From positions 8,827 to 72,826 of the forward strand of contig JAKIWS010000005.1 of the NCBI GenBank assembly GCA_022749895.1: a stretch of DNA of 64,000 nucleotides, given 5' to 3'. The position numbers were made by a program, and so were the translations under genes. Origin of the DNA: Thermoplasmata archaeon (GTDB lineage Archaea; Thermoplasmatota; Thermoplasmata; Lutacidiplasmatales; UBA184). The notes beneath the pieces were generated by a model. It saw only the letters and a list, made by a program, of their open reading frames with translations, searched no databases and was not told the DNA's origin. Within the stretch, counting starts at the first letter, position 1, and every line of letters starts with the position of its first letter. Shown piece by piece: positions 1-8,672 of the stretch.

Positions 1-1
1 A

Positions 2-3000
2 GGCATGCGCGGGCTGATCGACGAGTATCTACTGGCCCACGGCCAATCCCCGTACCTGGGGAACGCGAACCTCGCGGTCTACAAGGTCGGGAACGCCTGG
101 CAGAACGGCAACCTCTCGCTCGTCCCGTACTACGACATCGGGACCGTCCCCTACAACGGGGCCACCGGCGTGCTCGGCAACGGGACCAGTTTCTGGGGCA
201 ACTTCGGCGTCCAGCAGGGCTGGCAGTGGCCCCCCGGTCAGAAGTTCCCCGTCAACGCGCTGGGTCAGACGAACTACGGCGATACGCTCCCCGGATGGGA
301 CTTCCCGACCGGCTGGGGCTCGATCAACGTGTACAACTTCGCGGTCGACCTGCTCAAGCTGGACACGCTGCCCGGGCAGTTCCAAACTACGAACCCCGCC
401 GGCACGTCTTGGAATCCGAGCGGTTGGGCAAATCTAGCGATGAACTCAACGTATACGATTCACGTAAACGCCAGTTCGCAAATTGCACTGTCTAACCCCC
501 ACGTTACCCTGAAGTACATGCCTGAGAACGGTCCAGTCTCGACGTTCCAGCCCGCGTTGACGGCGACGTTAACCCCTACCGCAGGCTACACCTTCACTCT
601 CGACACGTCGACCGGCGTCATCAACGGCCCCGGGACCGTCATTTTCGAGTTCGGGAACGCTTCGAACCCTACTCTTGGGTTCGCCTACTCGTGGATCTCC
701 CTTGACCTGCCGAAGACCGGCGCGCTCGTCGTCACGGTGACGCAACCGTCGAGCAGCTCGATCGTGGGCGGCTTCTCCTGGTTCAACACCGCGCTCGGGT
801 ACAACGCGCCCATCACGCTCTCCCCCGGGCTCGGCCCGAACTACGGGAACGAGTTCACCGTCCACGTCACGATGAACGGAAAGCCCGTCTACAACGTGAA
901 GGTCGACGCCACGATCGCGTCGCCCTCGTTGCTCGCCTTCTCGGGCACCCGCCTCGAGCAGGTGACGAACGGCCTCGGTAACCCGCACTGGGAGCTGCCG
1001 AAGATCGTCTCCGAGTCGTTCACGAACGTTACCGGGGACGCGTTCGTCTACACCTGGAACATGATCAAGCCGACCACGTACTTCGTCAACGCCTCCTACG
1101 GCGGCGCGACCGGGGGCACGACCTACCTGGTCACCCCGGGCCCCAACGTGGGAACTACGGACGCGTACAGCGGGAACTATTCCCAGTTCAGTACGCCGGG
1201 CTTCGTGCTTCGGGCGCTCCGCCAGGTCGTGAACGGCGCGACGATCAACGCGACCGAACCGAACGCGCTCAACCAGACCGCACTCTACAACGTGATCTAC
1301 TCGTGGAAGGGCGAACTGCTCAACGTCACGACCAACGACTGGCAGGGCAACCGGCTCTCCGGTCTCAAGGTCTGGCTGGCGACGCTCGACCTCGGGGGCG
1401 AGAACAAGTTCTATCGGTACGAGGGATCGCGCGGTCTCATGGGCGTGACGAACGTCTCCGGAACCTCCGCCATCACCGACCTGAACGGTCAGGCGCAAGT
1501 CTACGTTCCGGACAACTACAGCGCGCTGCCCTGGTTCCAGTACCCCGACGGGACGATCGCCGAGCTCGGCTTCGTCGCAGCCAGCATCCCCGGGGCGTCG
1601 AACCGGACCTTCTCCTACCAGGAGCCGTGCGCGCCCAACAACCTCGGTAACCCGAGCACCAAGATCACGTGCCAGTACAACGACTCGTATTCCCGGAACT
1701 ATACCGGGGCTCCGATCCTGGTCCTGCCGAACCCGGTCGATGCGTGGACGCAGACGCCCAACCTCGTCCAGCGGGACTTCTTCGGGAACGGGGCGAACAT
1801 CTCCTGGGGGTACGACGTGACCCTCCCGAACAACGACCCGTTCCTGACGGGGATCGGCACGGCGTGGCTGCCGGGGACCGAGCACATCACCGGCGTTCAC
1901 GCGTTCGTCGACGGGGCCCCGGCGGGCGATCTATCGCCGGGCAATCCGCCCAACTACCAGAGCTACACCGCGAACGGCAACCTGACGGGGGTCTACGCCG
2001 ACGGGATCCACACGCTCACGGTCATCGTGACCGACTCGACCGGGCACACGTTCTCGAACCGCCACACGTTCATCGTCGGGTCGATCAAGCTGACCAACCT
2101 CGGCGTGACGAGCACCTACACCGTGCTGCCGTTCAACATGACCTGGCACCTCAGCATCCCGGCCGGCCAGATCAGCAACCACACGTTCAACCAGTCGCTC
2201 CAGATCCGGTACGTGACCGGCGCCTGCGGCGGGATCATCCCCTGCCCGGAGGTCGTCAACTACTCGATCAAGATCAAGGACGGGGTCGCCGATTACCAGC
2301 AGTCGCTCAACATCACGCTGCTCAATCTGAAGCACTTCTACGCCGGGGCCGGCGAGCCTCCGCCGGGCCAGTACCAGCTGATCGTCTGGGTCACGGCGAA
2401 CCATTCGGGGAGCATCGCGACATCGATCACGTCGTACCTCGTCTTCGACTCCGTGGCGGGGACGATCAACGGGCCGACCGCGAACGAGCTTTTGCCGCAG
2501 GGGAACGTCACGATCTCCTACTCGTACTCCGGCCAGTACGTTCAGAACTCGACCCTCGAGATCTTCGCCGTGGGTGCCCCGACGATCCCCGTGTTCACCG
2601 CGCAGGCGTTCGTCCCCGGTATCGGACTGCGGGGTGGTGCCGTCCAGTGGTCGGCGGTTCAGGGCGGGGCGTACCAGATCGTGCTGAGCCTAGGTACTCC
2701 GTACCGTACGTTGAACGCCACCGAGTGGGTCAACGTCTCCGGGGGACCCGGGAACGTCTGGCTCAACCAGAGCCGGCTCGCGTCGCCGCTCATGATCGTC
2801 AATCCGGCGGTGACCGCGACGGTGCTCGCCCTCGTGGTGGGCCTCATCGGGTTGCTCCTCGGACTGTTCCTCGCGCCCGCCCTCCGCTCGCGTCCAAGCG
2901 GGAGTGCGGTCGCCGCGCCGCCGCGTCCGTGGGAGGAGAGTTCCTCCTCGCCCGGCGGGCCGAGCGGCCCCACCGGTCCGCCGCGGTATGCGTGCTCGAC

Positions 3001-3073
3001 GTGCAAGGAGGAGTTCGAGACCTCCTACGCGCTCGCGCAGCACCGGAAGATCGTTCACGGGATCGACGAGTAG
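2..3073 (+). CDS. S53 (sedolisin-like) peptidase, 5' partial; Ig-like ectodomains, TM anchor, C-terminal C2H2 zinc finger
   Basis: Frame is open from the window edge. N-terminal GLIDEY..LGNANLAVY..YYDI..GWDFPTGWGS matches the end of an S53 catalytic domain (compare GWDQVTGWGS at 30178). Tail is TM, PPRPW, CSTC-x12-H-x4-H. Confidence 0.75.
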   Translation, partial: GMRGLIDEYLLAHGQSPYLGNANLAVYKVGNAWQNGNLSLVPYYDIGTVPYNGATGVLGNGTSFWGNFGVQQGWQWPPGQKFPVNALGQTNYGDTLPGWDFPTGWGSINVYNFAVDLLKLDTLPGQFQTTNPAGTSWNPSGWANLAMNSTYTIHVNASSQIALSNPHVTLKYMPENGPVSTFQPALTATLTPTAGYTFTLDTSTGVINGPGTVIFEFGNASNPTLGFAYSWISLDLPKTGALVVTVTQPSSSSIVGGFSWFNTALGYNAPITLSPGLGPNYGNEFTVHVTMNGKPVYNVKVDATIASPSLLAFSGTRLEQVTNGLGNPHWELPKIVSESFTNVTGDAFVYTWNMIKPTTYFVNASYGGATGGTTYLVTPGPNVGTTDAYSGNYSQFSTPGFVLRALRQVVNGATINATEPNALNQTALYNVIYSWKGELLNVTTNDWQGNRLSGLKVWLATLDLGGENKFYRYEGSRGLMGVTNVSGTSAITDLNGQAQVYVPDNYSALPWFQYPDGTIAELGFVAASIPGASNRTFSYQEPCAPNNLGNPSTKITCQYNDSYSRNYTGAPILVLPNPVDAWTQTPNLVQRDFFGNGANISWGYDVTLPNNDPFLTGIGTAWLPGTEHITGVHAFVDGAPAGDLSPGNPPNYQSYTANGNLTGVYADGIHTLTVIVTDSTGHTFSNRHTFIVGSIKLTNLGVTSTYTVLPFNMTWHLSIPAGQISNHTFNQSLQIRYVTGACGGIIPCPEVVNYSIKIKDGVADYQQSLNITLLNLKHFYAGAGEPPPGQYQLIVWVTANHSGSIATSITSYLVFDSVAGTINGPTANELLPQGNVTISYSYSGQYVQNSTLEIFAVGAPTIPVFTAQAFVPGIGLRGGAVQWSAVQGGAYQIVLSLGTPYRTLNATEWVNVSGGPGNVWLNQSRLASPLMIVNPAVTATVLALVVGLIGLLLGLFLAPALRSRPSGSAVAAPPRPWEESSSSPGGPSGPTGPPRYACSTCKEEFETSYALAQHRKIVHGIDE

Positions 3074-3206
3074 GCCCGAGCTCCGACGGACCGAGCCCCC
3101 CCGGTTTCGGGCGGGCGGTGCGCGGTCAGCGCCCCGTGGACTCGAACGTGAGCTCCGGGTCGCATCCCGGTCTTACCCCCGAGGTCCGGTGTTATCGGCC
3201 CACCGC

Positions 3207-3243
3207 CGAAATATTTCGCTATTATAACTGACTCAGCTTAAAA
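3207..3243 (+). promoter_or_regulatory. Palindrome CGAAATATTTCG (3207-3218) plus TATA-like CTTAAAA (3237-3243)
   Basis: Perfect 12-bp palindrome; TATA-like box ends ~24 nt before GTG 3268, which fits a leaderless transcript. Confidence 0.5.
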
Positions 3244-3267
3244 GGGGGGAAACGGGGTCGGAGCGAT

Positions 3268-6200
3268 GTGAACGCCCACATTCGCCCCACCGTTGTTCCC
3301 CGAGCGCCGCGCCGATGGCTCGTCCTCCCACTCCTCGTGGCCATCCTTGCGATCACCGTGGTCGGGTCGGTCCCCGCCCTCGGCCGACCTCTCGCGACGG
3401 CCGTCCATCTTCCCACCGCGAACGGACCCGCCTCGGCCGGGGCCGCGCACGCGGCGATCACGGCCGCCCGCGCCTCGCTGGCGTCGGGTCAGGGACCTGC
3501 CGGGCTCCCCGTGCTCTACTCCGGCTCGCCGGCAACCCCGTGGACGCCCGCCTTCCAGCCCAACGTGGCCCCGTCGGCCCGCGCCGCCCTGGCGATGGCG
3601 TACGACCCGAGCGGTCCGTACGTGGTCGCTTTCGGCGGCGGGTGGAACGGCGGGACCTCGACCAACGACACGTGGGTGTTCGCGAACAACTCGTGGACCA
3701 ACATCTCGGCGACGCTCACGACCGCGCCGGGTCCGCGCGAAACCCCGATGATGGCGTACGATGCGGCCGACGGCTATCTCCTCCTGTTCGGGGGGTACAC
3801 GGGCAAGAACCCGAATTCGACCGGTTCCTACACCCTCAACGACACTTGGAAGTTCACGGCCGGGGCGTGGACGAACATCTCCACGTTCTCGTCATCCGCG
3901 CCCTCCCCCCGGTTCGCCGCGGCGATGACGTACGACTACACCGACGGCTACGCGGTGCTGTTCGGCGGGAACACGCTGTTCGGACCGCCCCTGAACGACA
4001 CCTGGACGTTCCACGCCGGAGCCTGGACGAACGTCTCCGCGACCGCCGGGACGGCACCGGCCGGTCGGGACTTCGCCGCGATGGCGGACGACCCGTTCGA
4101 CGGCTACGCCCTCCTGTTCGGCGGCTGGAACTCGACCAGCTCCGCGCTCTACAACGACACCTGGACGTTCGCGGGGGGGCACTGGGGCGCGCTCGCGACG
4201 ACCGTGCAGCCGGTGCCGCTGCGCGGGGAGAGCCTCGCGTACGACGCTTCGCACCACCAGGTGATTCTGTTCGGCGGGGCGGCAGCCGGCCTCGGTGGGC
4301 CGTTCTACCCCCAGGCGCAGACCTGGAGCTTTGCCGGCGGGGTGTGGACCGACCTCACCGCGACGATCGCGAGTCCCCCCCCGGCACGCTACCTGGCCGC
4401 GCTGACCAACGTCTCCGCGAACGGCTCGCTGCTGATGGCGGACGGATGCCTCGGGCAGGGCTGCGCGAACTTCCTCGACCTCTCCGATAGCTGGCTCTTC
4501 AACGCCTCGGGACCCGTGGCGCGGCCCTGGATCGAGGTCGGCGCGGTCGTCCAACCGTCCGAACGGGCGACCCCGGGGATGGTCTACGACGCCGCGGACC
4601 ACTACGTCCTCTACTTCGGCGGCGGGTGGAACGGCGGAACCTCCACGAACGATACCTGGGTGTACGCGAACCACACGTGGAGCAACATCAGCGCGAACGT
4701 GACGACCGCCCCCGCGGCCCGCGAGGACCCGGCGATGACGTACGACGCCCTGGACGGCTACGTGCTCCTGTTCGGTGGATACAGCGCGACGGGTGGCTAC
4801 GGCTCCCCGTCGTACACCCAGAACGACACGTGGACGTTCCACGCCGGGGTCTGGACGAACATCACGGCCTCCTCGCCCACCCACCCGTCCGCGCGCTTTG
4901 CGTCGGTCATGACCTACGACTACAACGACGGCTACGCCGTCCTGTTCAGCGGGAACGTGCTCTTCGGTGGCCCGATCGAGGACACCTGGACGTTCCACGC
5001 CGGGGTCTGGACGGACGTGACCGCGACGGCGGGAGCGCCCCCTGCAGGCCGCGACTTTGCGTCGATGACCGACGACCCGGCCGACGGGTACGTGCTCTTG
5101 TTCGGCGGGTGGAATTCGTCGATCGCCACCGTCTACAACGACACGTGGACGTTCGCCGCCGGGAAGTGGGCGCCGCTCACCCCCGCGGTCTCCCCGATGC
5201 CGATCCGCGGCGCGAACGTCGCGTTCGAGACCGTCGGGAACTACGTCCTCCTGTACGGCGGCCTCACCTACAGCGGCTACGGTTGGCCGTTCGGCTTCGT
5301 CACGGAGACGTGGGCGTTCAAGGCCGGGAACTGGACCAACCTGACGCCGATGATCACGACCGAGCCGCCCCCCCGCATGCTCGGCGGGATCACCAACATC
5401 TCCGGTACCGGGGAGATCGTGATGGCGGACGGCTGCATCTACCAGGGCTGCCCGGTCAACGAGGACCTCGCGGACACGTGGATCTACAACTGGACGAACA
5501 TCAACGGCACGTTCACGTCGCTCGCGCCGGTCGTGCTGCACCAGTCGGCGAAGTTCGCGGTCCACGTCTTCGGCGGCGACGGGGCCTATTCGTACCGGTA
5601 CTCCGGCCTTCCCGGCGGATGCACCTCCGCGAACGTCGCCGTGTTGAACTGCGTCCCGGCCTACGGGGGCAACTACACGATCGTGGCGCAGGTCACCGAC
5701 CGCGCCGGCAAGATGCTCGACCTCCGCCTGAACCTCACCCTCGGGGTCATGCCCCGCTCGCTCGCGCTGAGCGCCTCGGTCCCGGTGCTCGACGTGGGAC
5801 AGTCGGTGACGCTGAGCGCCGTGGCCGGTGGAGGCGCGGGTGCGCCGTGGACGTACGCGTTCACCGGGTTGCCGCCGGGCTGTGCGAGCGCGAACGTCGC
5901 GTCCCTCAGCTGCTCGCCGACGCAGGGCGGGAGCTACACCGTGACGGCGACCGCGACCGACGCCCAGGGTGGGCCGGTCCGCTCGGTCGTCGGCTTGGTC
6001 GTCCACCCGCCGGTGCGCGTCGCCGCGACGGTCTCCGCGGCGACGTTCGACCTCACGGAGTTCGTGACGATGACCGCCGCCGCCAGCCAGGGGTCGTCGG
6101 TCTACACCTACCTCTGGTCGAACCTTCCGACCGGTTGCCAGGCGGGCGCCACGACGACGACGCTCCAGTGCAAGCCGGCAACGGCCGGGACGTTCGCGAC

Positions 6201-6792
6201 CACGCTCCAAGCGACCGACTCCCTCGGGGAATCGGCGGTGACGGCGCCGATCGCCCTCACGGTGAACCCGCTCCCCGGGGTGCAGCTCGCGGCCCCGGTG
6301 GTCTCCACCTCCGACCCGCTCTCGGCAACGCTCGCCGCGCAGACGACGGGCGGGACCGGTCCGTACGCGGTCGCGTGGAACTTCGGCGACGGTCAGGCGG
6401 GTTCCGGGCCCTCGGTCGTCCACATCTACGCGGCCGGCGGCACCTACACCGTGGCCGTGTCGGTGACCGATGCGCGCGGGTTCGTCGCCTCGAGCAGCCA
6501 GAGCGTCACGGTGCAGGCGAGCCAGTCGAACTCACCGCCCCCGAACCACCCGACCGCGACGCACGGGGCGACGCCCTGGTTCGCGACGTTCGCGGGGATG
6601 TTCGGACTCGGCCTCGTGATCGGACTCGTGGCGCTGGCCGTCGTGGTCGTCTGGGGCGCCCGCCGTCGGCGGACGCTCCTCGAAGCCGAGCAGCTCGTGA
6701 CGGCGATCCCGCTCGTCGTGGAAGGTCCCCCAGGGGCCCCCACGATGGGCCCGGCCACGCCGAGCGGACCGTCCCCCCCACCGAAGGTTTAG
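3268..6792 (+). CDS. Surface protein: tandem kelch-like beta-propellers, Ig-like repeats, PKD domain, C-terminal TM
   Basis: Signal peptide; about 12 blades of M(A/T)YD..GY.LLFGG..NDTW.F..W; repeated YSGLPxGC..L.C.P units; WNFGDG..H.Y..G.YTV PKD motif; TM followed by RRRR. Confidence 0.85.
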   Translation: MNAHIRPTVVPRAPRRWLVLPLLVAILAITVVGSVPALGRPLATAVHLPTANGPASAGAAHAAITAARASLASGQGPAGLPVLYSGSPATPWTPAFQPNVAPSARAALAMAYDPSGPYVVAFGGGWNGGTSTNDTWVFANNSWTNISATLTTAPGPRETPMMAYDAADGYLLLFGGYTGKNPNSTGSYTLNDTWKFTAGAWTNISTFSSSAPSPRFAAAMTYDYTDGYAVLFGGNTLFGPPLNDTWTFHAGAWTNVSATAGTAPAGRDFAAMADDPFDGYALLFGGWNSTSSALYNDTWTFAGGHWGALATTVQPVPLRGESLAYDASHHQVILFGGAAAGLGGPFYPQAQTWSFAGGVWTDLTATIASPPPARYLAALTNVSANGSLLMADGCLGQGCANFLDLSDSWLFNASGPVARPWIEVGAVVQPSERATPGMVYDAADHYVLYFGGGWNGGTSTNDTWVYANHTWSNISANVTTAPAAREDPAMTYDALDGYVLLFGGYSATGGYGSPSYTQNDTWTFHAGVWTNITASSPTHPSARFASVMTYDYNDGYAVLFSGNVLFGGPIEDTWTFHAGVWTDVTATAGAPPAGRDFASMTDDPADGYVLLFGGWNSSIATVYNDTWTFAAGKWAPLTPAVSPMPIRGANVAFETVGNYVLLYGGLTYSGYGWPFGFVTETWAFKAGNWTNLTPMITTEPPPRMLGGITNISGTGEIVMADGCIYQGCPVNEDLADTWIYNWTNINGTFTSLAPVVLHQSAKFAVHVFGGDGAYSYRYSGLPGGCTSANVAVLNCVPAYGGNYTIVAQVTDRAGKMLDLRLNLTLGVMPRSLALSASVPVLDVGQSVTLSAVAGGGAGAPWTYAFTGLPPGCASANVASLSCSPTQGGSYTVTATATDAQGGPVRSVVGLVVHPPVRVAATVSAATFDLTEFVTMTAAASQGSSVYTYLWSNLPTGCQAGATTTTLQCKPATAGTFATTLQATDSLGESAVTAPIALTVNPLPGVQLAAPVVSTSDPLSATLAAQTTGGTGPYAVAWNFGDGQAGSGPSVVHIYAAGGTYTVAVSVTDARGFVASSSQSVTVQASQSNSPPPNHPTATHGATPWFATFAGMFGLGLVIGLVALAVVVVWGARRRRTLLEAEQLVTAIPLVVEGPPGAPTMGPATPSGPSPPPKV
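3631..5490 (+). repeat. Intragenic tandem duplication of a ~984-bp six-blade propeller unit
   Basis: FGGGWNGGTSTNDTWV occurs at 3631 and 4615; MADGCxxQGC closes both copies. Confidence 0.8.
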
Positions 6793-6828
6793 GAGCCACC
6801 GAGGTCTCTCGAGCCTGGGGGGGATGGG

Positions 6829-7479
6829 ATCTCGCCCACCGCATGGGAGTTCTGGGCCGGCCTCGCCGCGGGGCTGGCCCTCGCCGCCGGGGTGTACGGC
6901 GCTCTCCGATGGCAGTTCGCCCGGCTTCGGCGCCGGCTTGCGGCGTCGACGCCGGCGCTCGGTGCGACGCGGGGGGCCGGCGCGCCTTCCGCGCCGAGTC
7001 CCTCGCCCCCCGACGATCTAATCGAGCCGGTTGAGGCTCCGGCATCCCGAAACGTCGGAGGAATCCCCCCGACCCCGGCCGCCGCGCCATCCCTGATACC
7101 GGCGGTCCGGCTATCCCGACGCATCCTCGGCCATCTGGCGCGGCTCGGCGATTTCGGGCAGGACCCGTCGCGGGCCGCCGCCGCCACGCAACGGGGGATG
7201 GGGGACGCGCTCGGGGTGACCCAGGGGGCGCTCTCGAGCGTCCTGCGCCGGCTCGAGGATGCGGGCGCCATCGTCTCGGAGAAGGCGCATGTCCGGGGCC
7301 ACGAGCGACGCGTGAAGGTCTACGTGCTCACCCCCCGTGGACAGAAGCTGTGGGCGGCCGTGCCGCCCGATCTACGGAACGGCAGCGTCGCCGTCGAACT
7401 TTCCACCGCCCCGCCGTCGATGAAGCGCGCCCGTCTGTCCACCGAACCGCTCGCTCCGATGGTCGAGCGGCGTCGCTGA
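6829..7479 (+). CDS. Membrane-anchored winged-helix (MarR-like) DNA-binding protein; start uncertain
   Basis: TQRGMGDALGVTQGALSSVLRRLEDAGAI..RRVKVYVLTPRG is a wHTH. An in-frame TM (WEFWAGLAAGLALAAGVYG) lies upstream of GTG 6892. Confidence 0.7.
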   Translation: MSPTAWEFWAGLAAGLALAAGVYGALRWQFARLRRRLAASTPALGATRGAGAPSAPSPSPPDDLIEPVEAPASRNVGGIPPTPAAAPSLIPAVRLSRRILGHLARLGDFGQDPSRAAAATQRGMGDALGVTQGALSSVLRRLEDAGAIVSEKAHVRGHERRVKVYVLTPRGQKLWAAVPPDLRNGSVAVELSTAPPSMKRARLSTEPLAPMVERRR

Positions 7480-7492
7480 ACCCGCGGCCGGG

Positions 7493-8311
7493 CTACCCGG
7501 TCTTGGGCAGGAGGCCGAACGCCTTGCTTTCGGAGACGAGGACGAGGGGGGAGCGGCCGGTGGCCGCCGCAAAGTCCACGAAGGCGTAGCTCCAGTCGAC
7601 GTCGTCGGACGCGAGCCACCCCGCCGCCGAGAGCTTCGACCAGGCGAGAGCGAACTCCAGGCTCTGCCAACGGTACGTGTGGTCGCTGTCGTGGATGAAC
7701 AGGTCGATCGACGGGATCGACGCAAACACGGCCTCGAGGTCCCGGCGCGGTCGTCGCCGCGACAGCAGGCGAAGGTCCCACCCGGCACGCAACTCGGGAG
7801 GGATCAGCGCGCCGACATCCGGTCGGACGTCGATGGAGGTGAGCTGGCCGCCGCCGTTGCGTCGAAGGGCCTCCAGTATGAGGTAGCTCGAGTGGCCGTT
7901 GGCGACCCCGGTCTCGACGACCCGTTGGGGGGCCCGACCCCGGACGATCCCGTAGACCAGGAGCGACTCCGCGCCCGAGAAGGCGGAAACGGTCGGGTAC
8001 GGCAGCGACGACCCATACCGCTTCTTGAGCCCGTCCGACACCTCGCGGAACTCGACGACCAGTTCACCGACGCGGTCCCGGGGGAATCCCGGTATCCGGG
8101 TGAGGATCGCGGCGGCGTCCGTGCTCTGCAGCGTGGCGCGGGCGTACGACTCCATCATCCGGGGCGCGACGAACCGGTGGGCGAGACGGCGCACCGCGCC
8201 GGCGTAGCGGTCGGCGACGTAACTCCGCCCGACCTCCCAGACGCCCTCTTGACGCAGGCGCTCACGAACGGTGGAGCGGCGCGGAGCGTTCGGAGGGGGC
8301 GAATTCGCCAA
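7493..8311 (-). CDS. Class I SAM-dependent methyltransferase (Methyltransf_24-like)
   Basis: VVETGVANGHSS, IDLFIHDSDHTY and GWLASDDV motifs; start at TTG 8311 is tentative. Confidence 0.75.
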   Translation of the reverse strand: MANSPPPNAPRRSTVRERLRQEGVWEVGRSYVADRYAGAVRRLAHRFVAPRMMESYARATLQSTDAAAILTRIPGFPRDRVGELVVEFREVSDGLKKRYGSSLPYPTVSAFSGAESLLVYGIVRGRAPQRVVETGVANGHSSYLILEALRRNGGGQLTSIDVRPDVGALIPPELRAGWDLRLLSRRRPRRDLEAVFASIPSIDLFIHDSDHTYRWQSLEFALAWSKLSAAGWLASDDVDWSYAFVDFAAATGRSPLVLVSESKAFGLLPKTG

Positions 8312-8384
8312 CCGTTGGGACCTCCGAAAGCTGAGGTCCGCCTCCCGGTCGAGGACGAGAAGGGCCGGTATATGGCCTGCGCGG

Positions 8385-8593
8385 CGGGGCGACGCCCGGC
8401 GGGGAGCTCTCGAGGGCGAACGACGCGAAAGTCGAAGACCTTGCCTCGTTCCGATCGTTTCAGCGTCGCCGGATTGAGAGAGGCGCGACGCTCGGCGGAG
8501 GAAGCGCACCCAAAGATGGTGCGTCCGAGTGTGACGAATCCACATCCCTTCGAACGTCGGAGGTAGGTGCCGACGCGGAGGCGCGTCGCCCCG
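8385..8593 (+). ncRNA. Candidate structured non-coding RNA, family unknown
   Basis: 11-bp perfect terminal stem CGGGGCGACGC/GCGTCGCCCCG encloses several nested helices; G-U pairs favour the + strand. Confidence 0.45.
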
Positions 8594-8643
8594 GTTATTC
8601 TTCGCCGGAGCGGAGCTTCGCCCGAGAGCCGTGTTCCGCGAGA

Positions 8644-8651
8644 TTTAAGTA
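8644..8651 (+). promoter_or_regulatory. TATA box TTTAAGTA
   Basis: Lies ~22 nt before ATG 8673, as expected for a leaderless mRNA. Confidence 0.6.
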
Positions 8652-8672
8652 ATGAAAGTCGTCACCAAGCTT

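Noticed and set aside
6790-6792. Amber readthrough (pyrrolysine) fusing the kelch protein to the in-frame wHTH ORF
   Set aside because: Two TM helices would place the wHTH outside the cell; TAG is a common ordinary stop in this window; no pyl genes are present.
8400-8450. TPP riboswitch-like start (GGGGAGC...GACC)
   Set aside because: Lacks the CUGAGA and GAACCUGAU cores, and no thiamine gene is nearby.
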